From Phoronis australis (Eukaryota; Animalia; Phoronida): a DNA stretch of 64,000 nt. Both the position numbers and the translations under genes were made by a program. Below are positions 40,001 through 51,627 of this stretch, piece by piece. The notes under the pieces are model-generated. The model was not told where the DNA came from. It did no database searches and was given only the letters and a program-made list of their open reading frames with translations. Position 1 is the first letter of the stretch, and each line of letters opens with the position of its first letter. Where the stretch lies: the NCBI GenBank assembly GCA_002633005.1, contig NMRA01000083.1, forward strand, positions 508,896 to 572,895. Direction: 5' to 3'.

Positions 40001-43000
40001 ATATGTCCATTGGGTTATTTGGAAGCGTGATTCAATGGAACATGTGTCTGTCAATATTTTTCTGTTGTTTTCCTTGCTGCGTTAGTTTGTATATTTTATA
40101 CCTGGAGTGTACCTTCAGTTTGGGAGTTGTTTATTGTATTCAGTATCTTATCTTACGTTTTCAGGGATATGACAATAATCAGTGGGGATTCTAGAGGAAA
40201 GACGTGCTTCTGGAATGGAAAACAGGGCACCCTTATTAAGGTGAGTGACTTAGTTACTGACAGACGCATTTGTTATGGAGAGCATGAGCCTGGTTGCAGG
40301 TTTTACAGTGTGATAGATAGCACCCACTTGCTGTTGTTTATGGCATGTTTACACTCTGAAAATATTAAAGAAATATGTTTTTTTCAACAAAATAAAAACT
40401 TATTTTTATGTAGGTGAATTGTTTTGGTTTCAAAATTATGATATCTGAGTTTTCGGAGAAGTTGGCCTTTAATTAATTTTTACTGAAATGGGGAATATCT
40501 CAAATGGGTTGTATTTTAAAGCGAAATAGTTTTGCTCTGCATTGCTTCTCTCTTCACAGAGTTTCCAGTGTCACTCGGCTGATGTTCTAAGTCTGTGTGT
40601 CAACAAAGAGGGCACCACTGTATTTTCGTCTGGGATTGACCCAGTGTTGGCCCAGTTTGAATTCACCGCCGCACATGCCGACTCTGACTGGAAGATNAAA
40701 TATGGGCGGTGGGTACGAAATAAAAGTGCCTTCCCCCCCCTCCCATACAGATTTTGCTGGAACAGCCCTTATGGAGAGCATGAGCCTGGTTGCAGGTTTT
40801 ACAGTGTGATAGGTAGCACCCACTTGCTGTTGTTTATGGCATGTTTACACTCTGAAAATATAAAGAAATATGTTTTTTTCAACAAAATAAAAACTTATTT
40901 TTATGTAGGTGAATTGTTTTGGTTTCAAAATTATGATATCTGAGTTTTCGGAGAAGTTGGCCTTTCATTAATTTTTACTGAAATGGGGAATATCTCAAAT
41001 GGGTTGTATTTTAAAGCGAAATAGTTTTGCTCTGCATTGCTTCTCTCTTCACAGAGTTTCCAGTGTCACTCGGCTGATGTTCTAAGTCTGTGTGTCAACA
41101 AAGAGGGCACCACTGTATTTTCGTCTGGGATTGACCCAGTGTTGGCCCAGTTTGAATTCACCGCCGCACATGCCGACTCTGACTGGAAGATGTGGGTTAG
41201 GTCAAGTGTCGTGACCCAACACAGTCATGATGTCAGGGCACTCGCGATGGCTGGAGATTATGTAGTATCTGGAGGTAACTGGTCCTGTGAACAAAATTCT
41301 GAATGTAGAATTTTTTCCATGTTTGATTATTCATTGTTGGCTCTACATTGATTTGGCATTGAGTTAGATCGTTGGCAGAGTCCTAGGGACTTGGTGAACT
41401 GAAAAATCTTTTCAAAGTCATTGGGTACCATTGTACCAAGTGAAAACCAGGAAGAAAGAGGCTTGTATAGAGTTGGAAAGGATTGGCAAATCTGAATTTT
41501 GTAAAAAGTACTCATTGGCCCCTTTAGAGCACAGTGTGAGTCGTAATAAGTTGAATCTGTGGAGAAATGTATCTGATATTGTTGATGTGAGTTTTGTCAC
41601 ACTAACCACTTAGGGGTATAGTTTGAAAGAATTTTATCAAAAATAAGTTGCGTGAAACATTCCCAAATATTTCTTAAATTTTCACTGCGTTTGTGGACTT
41701 GTGCAAACACTGATTGAACTTTAAAATGCTATTTTGTCTTCATTACTTAAACATATTTGGCTTTGATACACAAATTCTCAATATTAATGAAAATAAATAG
41801 GTACCTGTTCTGCGCATTGTCCCGAATTTAAAGTCTAAGTCCTTATTTTTATTGAAATAAGGGCTCAGTTTTCAGATATATGATAAGAAAATAATGAATT
41901 GAGAAGCTCATGATAAGATAAATTAATAGAAAAAGGTAACATCTGTCAGTAAACAAGGACACAAATGAAGATTTTGGGAACTTAGATGAGTCTCTCTTTG
42001 GGACTGTTTCATGCAACCAGGTACTGTTCATTAAATTTGGAAAGTAAGTTAGGCTGTAAGAAGTTTAAAAATAGTGCATCGAACACACTATATGACCATT
42101 TGTAGTGCATTTTGGGTAGAGGAAGTGTGAATATGGGAATGTTATCTTTTAAGAGTGAATTTGAATTTGTTCTTTGTCATGTGATATCTCTAACCCATGC
42201 CATCATTGTAAATGTTTCTCTGTTGTAGGTGTTGATACAAATCTGATCTTTAACCGTGTAGACACTTCAAAGAAAGGTTCCAAACAGTGGCGTAAGATGC
42301 CGGCCATCTTGCCCCGTCAGCTTGTGCACACGGCCAGAGAAGCACAGTTTGTCATGTTGCAGTATCCAAACTACCTAGAAGTATGGAAGTTAGGAACGAC
42401 TAGCTACACCTCAGGTATTGGACCTATAGTTAGTTTTACAATTGACCTATCGTAAGCTCCCCCTTGCGAAGTTGTGTCAAGAATGCTGCGTTTTGATGGG
42501 TAACTTAAGATTTCACTCGCAGTTCTGGCGATAGGTCACTTGTAGAAAAATAACAGACTTCAAACAGAAGGATATAGGTAGGAATTTCGCTCTGAAATGT
42601 ATCATATTTGCAAACCTGTATCATTCAATGTTTCATTTTGAGCTTTAAGTAAAAGTAATTTCCATCCACAAGTACCTTGTTTTTCTTTAAGTGCACAGTT
42701 CAAAATTATGTTGCTTTTACGGTTTGCCTTTAAAACAATGGAGTTTTGCATGCAAAGATTTTTAATGATTTGTTCTAACTGGTGTCTTACGGTGGACTTA
42801 TACTGTTCTTAAGTAAATGAAGTCCAATGATGTCATGCATGCCATGGAAGTGTATGCGTTCATCAAGCTTATCTGGTTGACCCATTTTCTTAACCCGGGT
42901 CAATTATCGATTTCCCTTCAAAGGTGTAGGGCTTCTGAGTGGTTATAGGAGGATCGGTAATTTCCTGTTCGCATTAAATGAAGTGTGATCGTGGTGGAGT

Positions 43001-46000
43001 GGGTGAAATGTTCGTTTGGTTCATTTCCACTGGGATTATTGCATGGCATTGATGCAGTTATCTGTGCCAGCCAATTGATCTGTGACCAATTCTGTTTAAA
43101 GATTGACACAAAATGTTTATACTGTACATACTACTTACATTGAGATTTCTTGTTGAACTTGCGTTGTTGTATTGTGTTGATCTGTTGTGTTTCTGGCAGA
43201 AACCAACGGAGAAATACTGCCGTTGAAGACAAACCCTGTCAAGTTAGTCCAGCTAAAAGCAAAAGGTGACGAAGCCATTGTGTGCAGTGCCATGTCCAGT
43301 GATGGCCAGTGGCTGGCCTACTCTGATCAAGATGCCATCAGACTATATCACATGACATTAGTAAGTTATGTGGAGTACTGTGCACTTCAGTTATCCCGGG
43401 TGACAGAATGGAAGTATTTGAAAAATGGCATATGAATCTATTTTTGATGCTACCAAATGATTGAGGTTATGTGGGACTTTATTGATGTCGGTACATTTAG
43501 CCAAATATTAACAAAACTATAGAATTTAATGCGGCGACAGTTTTTTTTTCTGAAAGCAGCAATTCGAGAATACAATTTTGACTTTATGCCAATCTGTCAC
43601 TAATTAGGTCATGTGATCTTGCTTTTTAGGAAAATTCAGCAAAAAAGAAAGGCATATTCAGAGCAAAACAGGATATATCGCCACCAAATTTCACAAAAGA
43701 GATAAAGTCGAAAAATATCTGTTGCAGTTTTCTAAATTATCGTTTTGTTTTCTTTCTATCCAACTTCATTCTTTTATAAAAGTCGTGCAAGTCCTATTTT
43801 CTAATAGCCCCTCATACAAAAGGGAGCATTTTAAATACAATCCCAAAAAGCGTTTTTGAGAAAAGTGTATGAAGCATAGCTGAAAGTTTCCTGTGATTTT
43901 TATCAACTATTCTGAGATACCATGTTTCAAAAATTGGCCAATATTAGAATTTTTCTAAGGTTTTACATAACCCTAACTGTTTATCTTTGCTTTCCATCTC
44001 GGTTGGTCCTCTCAAGTAAAGTAATATTGTTTAATAAATGATGATAAGCTGGTGTTATTTCGGAACTACGAAACTCAAGGAATTCCTTATGATGGACAGA
44101 AGAAGTTAAGCTGGCCTTCTGTTCAGTAATGGATGTTTTTCGCATGCTATTTTTTTCGCAGTCGATTCTGTTATTGCCTTAGTTTGATTGAATTTATTTA
44201 GTCATGACAATGAAAGGGACAATACAGTACGATTAAAAATGATGACATGTATTACACAGGAAAGCATTACCTTATGTTCACTACAGTTGTCCAACAAGCT
44301 TTTTCAAAGTTCATATCTACAATGTACTCTTTGCTTGTTTGTTATAACAGATTGTAAATCGCATTAGAGAAGATGATCCAAAATTGAGCAGTTTCCAGAT
44401 AGAAGTAGTTAAAATATTGCACAATACAGCACAGTGTAACCTTTGAATATGCATTAAATGTAGAACAATATTAGTTAATATTATGTCGAATTAAATTGAT
44501 TAGGAGGAAGACGGTGTAATAACTCCCAAGGTGTCAATCACTAGAATCCGGCATCGCCCACCAGGTCTTCAACCCGCTCACAAGCTTCAATTCACTGATG
44601 ACTGCACAAAGTTGATCTCTGCCTCTCATTCTGGAGCCGTACAAGTGACCAGCTTCAGTCAAGAACAGGTGTCCCTAGTTCACACATTTCCATCCCCAGG
44701 TAGCGTTTCCTCTTTCTCCCAAGGGTGGCACTAGTGCAGTTACTGTCACAATGCTCACTTTTGGTATTCTGGCCATGGATGTTTATTGATGTACCTTCAT
44801 TTATTTTGCTTACTACTGTCCAGGCACCTTTTTGCTCAACTGTTAAAGTTTTATTTAATAGGAGTTCCTTATAACACTGAATTTTTTACTAGTTCTTAAA
44901 CAAGTTTTCCTGTCTTGTGAGTCGCTTTCACGATGTATAGTGGGTGTGGTCTCTCTCTGCGTTGGCATATAAAACTGACCGCTGTTCCAAAATATGTGAA
45001 AACTAGTTATAAAACATAGTTTTCCAAATAATCTAGCACTGATTCTTACCTAGCTTATGTTATGTTTTAAGTAATTTTACATTCTGTTTTGGACCACTGT
45101 GTTTAAATTAATGAACTAAACTGCACTGTAGAGTTTCATTCGTCACTGTTAAAGAGTCTTTAGCTTGTGTAACAGAAACAGTGGATTCACTTATAGTCGT
45201 CTCCCATAATTCAACTTCCCTGCTTTACCAACCAATCACTGGAGTGGCAGCTGCTGTCTTTGTGTATGTTGGTAAGGTCATGAGCTTAGTCGCGAAATGC
45301 TTTGATTTTTGTGGTATCAATCGCAAAAGACTAGCATTGTGGAATGCTCAGCAGCTTAGGTTATGAAATTCTATTGGTACTCGATCTTTTTATTTTTTAT
45401 TTCAGAAAAAGGAGAATCTATACACTTGCTGTCAGTTAGCCAAGATGGGCAGTATGTTGCCACTGGCAACCACAGCAATAATGTGCATGTCTATAGTCTA
45501 CGGAAAAATAAGGTAACTGTTTTTTCATTGCCGACATGGATATATACTCTCCTTGATTGTTTTTCAGTTGTTTAAAATTCTTGTTTTTGTGTCATTCAAT
45601 TAGGTTAAATGCAGCTTATTGCCACTTGCAATACCATTTTTGAAAATCATGTTTTGGTTCGTGTTTTGGTTGGAATGGCATCTTATGTTAAAGTTATGTA
45701 AGAGTGCTGTCTACGTGGGTCAAAATGGCCAACTTCAGAGTATGATCAAATAGGAATGAAGTGATTTATGAAGACAAAAATAGCATCTCTGCTCTGCTTT
45801 CCAACCACAGTATAACTAAAAAAAAGCAAAAGTTATCTTGCCTTATTTCGCGACTTGATTTTTAGTGACCATCGCAAAAATAAATCATAACATTCCGACA
45901 CTGTTGTGTGAAACGGTGGGATTTTCAATGTTATTTAGTAAAAGTCTTCAGTTACGCCTTTTCACACATTTCTATAGGAATTGGTGCATTTTTTCTCCTG

Positions 46001-49000
46001 AGCCCCAGAAAAGCAGTGCATCACACCTTGAAAAGCCTTAAGCTCCAAACCGTCACCGCCATGTGCCCATGGCAAATCTTTTGTTAGAGTTGGGGGAGGC
46101 TTGAAAAGCATAATTGTATCTGGTCATAAACTGTGGTAAACAACTCGGACCTAATTTACAAAAGGTTTAAACCTAAAATGTTGAGAAGATGATTTTCACT
46201 GTCATTGTTTTTCAGCAAGAAAAATACACAGCTGAGTCTTCTAATTTTAATAATCAGCGAATAATTTGCTCAAATCAAAACAGCTTTGAATAGCAACCGA
46301 AATACCGATTACATCTCCACATCTGGTTCAATAAGCAATTCAAATTTGTCTGGGTTTTTAGAAGGCTTTGATTGTAATGGAATCTTAGAATATCTCGCCG
46401 TGGTAAGTTGTGTTACCGAGTCAGCTCTCTACTATGTGAACCTTTCTGTTTTTCAGCACGTGTGGACGCTACCAAAATATCACAGCCAACCGTCAGCTCT
46501 GGCGTTCAATCCCTACACCACCGAGCTGATTGTCGCTTATTGCGATCAAAAGGTAGGTTGGGGTTTAACACTACAAAGAGTGAAAATTACTCGTTCTCCA
46601 TTTGTATTCCATGAGTTCTGAAACTGAATGCATCATCTTTAGACCGACTGACATTTTGAACTTAATAGACAAATTCACTCATAGCAGTGTTTTTTTTGTA
46701 AAATGAAGTGTACAACGTAATCCTTAGATTGCGTTGGGTACTGCAGTGTGTCTTTGTCAATAATTTTGTCACAAGTTTAAGATTATACAATACCTTACTG
46801 ACAGGTTTGTGTATTAACCCAAATGTCTACAAAACTATAGATTTTAACTTACAGTAAATTATATACATATTTTCTGAAAATATGAAGCCTGTAGAATTTG
46901 ATTTTTGACTTTTTCCAAGTCTAGTATTAATTGTGCCATGTGACCATGTCTTCTCAGCAAAATTTAGCAAATCAGAAAGGTACTTGGATAGCAAAAGAAC
47001 AGTATGAATTACTTGATTAAATTTTATTTGATTTAATATGTTCAAGGTGACATCTTAAAAAAGGCTGTTACAGTTTTCTAAAATATTTCATTTTTGTTTT
47101 ATGAAACTTTCTTGAAAGTCTTAGTCCCATTTTTGATAGCTCCTCATGCAAAAGGGAAAACGTTTCAAAAACAATCCCTGACAGTTTTGGAGATTAGTGC
47201 ATAAATCTTAGTATCTGAAAGTTTCATCCAAATCCGATCAGACATTTCTGAGATATGATGTCCCGAAGTTAGCCAAATTTGGACATTTTTATAGAGTCCT
47301 ACATAATCTTGGAGAGAGTGACTGTTATTAGTGTGATGCACAATAGAGTGATGACCTTGCTGTTCATTCAGCTGACAAGTCTTTGATTGCCTTTCTCCCT
47401 AGATCTACGAGTACAGCGTTGGTGATGGTGCCTACACCAGGTGGTGCCGCCAGGTGTGTGACAAGTGGCCCCGCCTCTGGTTAAAGAGGCACAGTAAGGT
47501 GTACGGCATCTCGTTCCCAACAGACAGTCAGATACTTCTGCATGATGAACAGATGCTATGTGTGCTAGATAAGTCACAGGTGAGAAGGTCAAAGGTCGTG
47601 TATTTCCCAGTTTGTTGACTTGAAATGGTTGTTCAAAGACTTGCATTACAAATGCACACAATGTTGACTTGTGGAGAAATGTTCCTGAAACCCATGTAAA
47701 GGTAATACACGAAGCAAGATGATGCAGTTCTTTCCAAAAACTTGTCAAAATGTCATCCTATAGACCAACTTATTATTGACACACAATCGTGTATTTTGAT
47801 TATTCATTGATAAATCACCGGTGTTGTGTTTTTATATTGTTTTTCCGACTAAACTTTTTCCCACGATGGCGTATTCGACATGCATGCAGTCAGTTTCAGT
47901 GGATCATAATTTATCATTTTTATATGAATTCATGTTGCAATCATTTCTATGAATTCACATGAATGGTATATGATATAAGTGGTTTATAAGAATTCATATT
48001 AATGGTCAATATAATTTTTCATGCAAGATTTATAATCAATCATGATGATTTACGATTACTCATCACTGAGTAATGATAAATGATTCCATGAATGATGCTA
48101 TGAATGGTGATCATTTTTCATCTACCTGATGATAATTTATCATTAACCTGATATGAATTCATATCAACCAAGTGGGGGCNCTGAAAATATGAAGCCTGTA
48201 GAATTTGATTTTTGACTTTTCCCAATCTAGTATTAATTGCGCCATGTGACCATGTCTTCTCGGCAAAATTTAGCAAATGATAAAGGTACTTGGATAGCAA
48301 AAGAACAGTATAAATTACTTGATTAAATTTTATTTGATTTAATATGTTCGAGGTGACATCTTAAAAAAGGCTGTTGCAGTTTTCTAAAAACATTTCGTTT
48401 TTGTTTTATGAAACTTTGTTTTTTCTTCTTGAAAGTCTTAGTCCCATTTTTGATAGCTCCTCATGCAAAAGGGGAAACGTTTCAAAAACAATCCCTGACA
48501 GTTTTGGAGATTAGTGCATAAATCTTAGTATCTGAAAGTTTCATCCAAATCTGATCAGACATTTCTGAGATATGATGTCCCGAAGTTAGCCAAATTTGGA
48601 CATTTTTATAGGGTCCTACATAATCTTGGAGAGAGTGACTGTTATTAGTGTGATGCACAATAGAGTGATGACCTTGCTATTCATTGGTGTCTTTGATTGC
48701 CTTTCTCCCTAGATCTACGAGTACAGCGTTGGTGATGGTGCTTACACCAGGTGGTGCCGCCAGGTGTGTGACAAGTGGCCCCGCCTCTGGTTAAAGCGGC
48801 ACAGTAAGGTGTACGGCATCTCGTTCCCAACAGACAGTCAGATACTTCTGCATGATGAACAGATGCTATGTGTGCTAGATAAGTCACAGGTAAGAAGGTC
48901 AAAGGTCGTGTATTTCCCAGTTTGTTGACTTGAAAAGGTTGTTCAAAGACTTGCATTACAAATGCACACAATGTTGACTTGTGGAGAAATGTTCCTGAAA

Positions 49001-51058
49001 CCCATGTAAAGGTAATACACGAAGCAAGATGATGCAGTTCTTTCCAAAAACTTGTCAAAATGTCATCCTATAGACCAACTTATTATTGACGCACAATCGT
49101 GTATTTTAATTATTCATTGATAAATCACCAGTGTTGTGTTTCTATATTGTTTTTCCGACAAAACTTTTTCCCTCGATGGCGTATTCGACATGCGTGCAGT
49201 CAGTTTCAGTGGATCATAATTAATCATTTTTATATGAATTCATATTGCAATCATTTCTATGAATTCACATGAATGATATATGATATAAATGGTTAATAAG
49301 AATTCATATTAGTGGTCAATATAATTTTTCATGCAAGATTTATAATCAATCATGATGATTTACGATTACTCATCACTGAGTAATGATAAATGATTCCATG
49401 AATGATGCTATGAATGGTGATCATTTTTCATCTACCTGATGATAATTTATCATTAACCTGATATGAATTCACATCAACCAAGTGGGGGCATAGTTCAAGG
49501 TTTCGTTCATTGACCTGGAGAATTGTTTTAAGGTGATGTTTTAGCAGTGTAACGTTAGGCCGAGAAAGCAAAGTTCATTCAGATCCATTCTTGTTTTGAA
49601 AAGCGAGTTGGTTGGTGTGGTATTTTTAGTTGCTCACTTTCTCAAAAAAGAAAATCCACCCGAGATGAGCAAAACTGATGTTGGTTCTTTTAACCGTCGC
49701 TTGGCAAATCATAGTATTTCAAAGTTTGCTTATTAAGTGCCTTTGTGCAGCTTCTCAAAAAAGACCTTGTCTGAAATTGATGTGCCCTGGTTTTTAGTCA
49801 GTGAGCGCAGGTCCAAAAAGGAGTCAGGTGTGTAGAGACCTGAGAACTAACTATGCTTTTTGCCTTATCTCCTGTTTTTTTAAATGTTTATTCGCAGCGA
49901 TAAACCTCAGCTATTGGATGTTATTTAGCTGCAGGTTTGCTTTTTAGACATCATCTAGATTTGTAAATCGGTTAGTGTTCCATGGTATCCCTTGATCCTA
50001 CTGTTTGTTTTCGTTTCAGCCATTTCCAGATGACACTGTGAAACTATACAGTAAAAGCTCTTGGATGAAAGGTGAACAAGAGAATGAGGAAACACTGCAC
50101 GCCTTCCATATATGTAGTAAATATAAAGTAGGTGATGGCCTTCCATTTATGTAGTAAATATAAGGTGGGTGACGGCCTTCCATATACAGAGTTGAAAGCA
50201 AGTGACACTGCTGCCTGGTATAGTAATCGCAAATGTAGATAATATGGTGGACTATTGACAGTTTATTTTTTCATAAAATATATGCTTTATGGTTTAGTTC
50301 TTTACCAGCAGACTGTTTTGAGAAATTGTGGGCATTAAAAATTAAAATATGTCAATTTTGGTTATTATTTTTGCCAGAAATTTGTGAGATTTTACCATGT
50401 AGTTGGAGTAATGTTAGTCTTGTTTATCACTTGAAAGGAGTGTCCAAAGTATACTTTTTTAAATGGATACTAAACCGTTATGATGATTTACACCAATTCT
50501 GCTATGTCACCTGCTAATGCAACATTGGCAGCAATCTTCCAAGTTAAAGGGAGGGTGGTCTTTCCCAAAGTTGCCGTGTAATTGCTGAAAGCGTAGGTCA
50601 AGCTTGTCTGTTTAGCAAAATTTGGAATTTTCCTCCAAACTATTGAGGGTCGTCTAATGTTTCAGAGCATTATTTTGTTTCAAAGAACTGGATGGAAGTC
50701 ATTTTTAGTGTCTGTTAACAGGCCAAAACTGGGTCTGGTATCATTTGAAGACTTGGCAGTGTTCTTGACTGTGACCGTGTGGCACTGGTGGAGCAAATTG
50801 TACAATTTGAATGAATTGAACGCTGGCAGTCATTTTTCTTAAAAGAGTTTTAGTGCAGTTTCAAAGAGTTTCATTTCTTCATCAGTTGCCCAACAGACAT
50901 TAACTGTTGTAATTCATCTGAACTTCCAATTACTGTTTCAGTATCTTTTACACGCCGAGGTGCTCAAAGATGATTGGTTAGTTGTGGTGGAGAAAACACC
51001 AGTCGCTCTGCAGGAGTCACTACCACCAACACTAAAGCAGAAGAAATTTGGAGAGTAG
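34083..51058 (+). CDS. UTP4: U3 snoRNA-associated protein 4 (cirhin), WD40 protein, about 681 aa, 15 coding exons
   Basis: Exons 34083-34241, 37598-37717, 38052-38120, 38844-38928, 39626-39794, 40165-40240, 41055-41274, 42229-42414, 43200-43360, 44504-44699, 45406-45512, 46457-46552, 47403-47579 (or its duplicate 48713-48889), 50020-50127, 50942-51058. All GT-AG and in phase. N-terminus MANFKVHHVRFF, internal HSHDVRAL and C-terminus LPPTLKQKKFGE match UTP4. Confidence 0.95.
34546..35993. mobile_element. Tc1/mariner (pogo-like) non-autonomous element in UTP4 intron
   Basis: TA|CCGTATTCGCCCTAA...TTAGGGCCAATACGG|TA, with subterminal TAAGCGCCC repeats. Confidence 0.8.
36138..37218 (+). mobile_element. 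Helentron-associated (HINE/DINE-1-like) element, copy 2
   Basis: 5' TTATGCGTCCAC with a local inverted repeat. 3' subterminal GTGGGCGCAT, hairpin CAACG-TTCCG-CGTTG, end CTCTTGTTT. Internal tandem units. Homologous to 11938-13305. Confidence 0.78.
39784..39867. repeat. 22-bp tandem repeat (about 4 copies) spanning the UTP4 exon 5 donor
   Basis: Unit GCTGTTACTAG|GTGAGTGTCTG. Confidence 0.9.
40273..41191. other. Tandem near-identical duplication (40273-40696 and 40769-41191) across a single-N gap, probably an assembly haplotype overlap
   Basis: N at 40697. The first copy truncates UTP4 exon 7 exactly at the N. The copies differ by a few SNPs and a 1-bp indel. Confidence 0.85.
46874..49489. other. 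Tandem near-identical duplication (46874-48179 and 48181-49489) across a single-N gap, duplicating UTP4 exon 13
   Basis: N at 48180 is exactly the junction. The exon copies differ only by synonymous changes (GCC/GCT, AGG/CGG). Confidence 0.85.
50101..50186. repeat. 37-bp tandem repeat (about 2.3 copies) spanning the UTP4 exon 14 donor
   Basis: Unit GCCTTCCATATATGTAGTAAATATAAA|GTAGGTGATG. Confidence 0.9.
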
Positions 51059-51417
51059 CACATCTAGTATCACAATTTCTGGCAGTACCTCAAAAGTAAA
51101 TGAGTGAACGTTCAAACCAGTCTTTGAGAAGAATGGGTCTGCCATACAAGACTTACATCTCATCCATTGAAAGAATTGAACATGTTCAAGGGGATTTTGG
51201 ACCTACGTCTCCAAAAATTCCTCACTGTTGTTGGCATTGCCAAAATCATCACGACAAACTCTTGACCCAGTTATGCGGCCAATGCATACAAGAATACAAG
51301 GCATTAGGAAGGTGTATAGTGTTAGACGCTTTTTAATTCCAATGATACTAAAACAGCAACAATAAACATATTATTGTACTTACTCTGTTGTAAATCCAAA
51401 GCACAATACAACTATTG

Positions 51418-51432
51418 AATAAATATTTTATT
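51418..51432. terminator. Back-to-back polyadenylation signals for UTP4 (+) and POLE4 (-)
   Basis: AATAAA at 51418-51423 and TTTATT at 51427-51432, between the two convergent stop codons. A further AATAAA at 51361. Confidence 0.55.
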
Positions 51433-51627
51433 GTCTACACAACAACAAAGAATGTAACATCAACAATTCATCAGGTAGTCAAATACAATCTGATGACATC
51501 TGCTCCAGTGTCACCATGTCACATGTTCTACACATCCTTCTGTATAACCATCAACATATGTGGTACAGATCTAACCAGGTGTGTGACTGAACTGCGTTCA
51601 ATGCAAAGCAAGGCAAGGAACAGGAAA

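Noticed and set aside
42820-45360. Possible intronic snoRNAs in UTP4 (TGATG...CTGA words and small hairpins)
   Set aside because: No complete box C/D or H/ACA architecture with an rRNA-complementary guide could be established by eye. An Rfam or snoscan run is needed.
47368-49058. Paired 126/125-aa ORFs on the minus strand
   Set aside because: Antisense shadows of UTP4 exon 13 within the gap-associated duplication.
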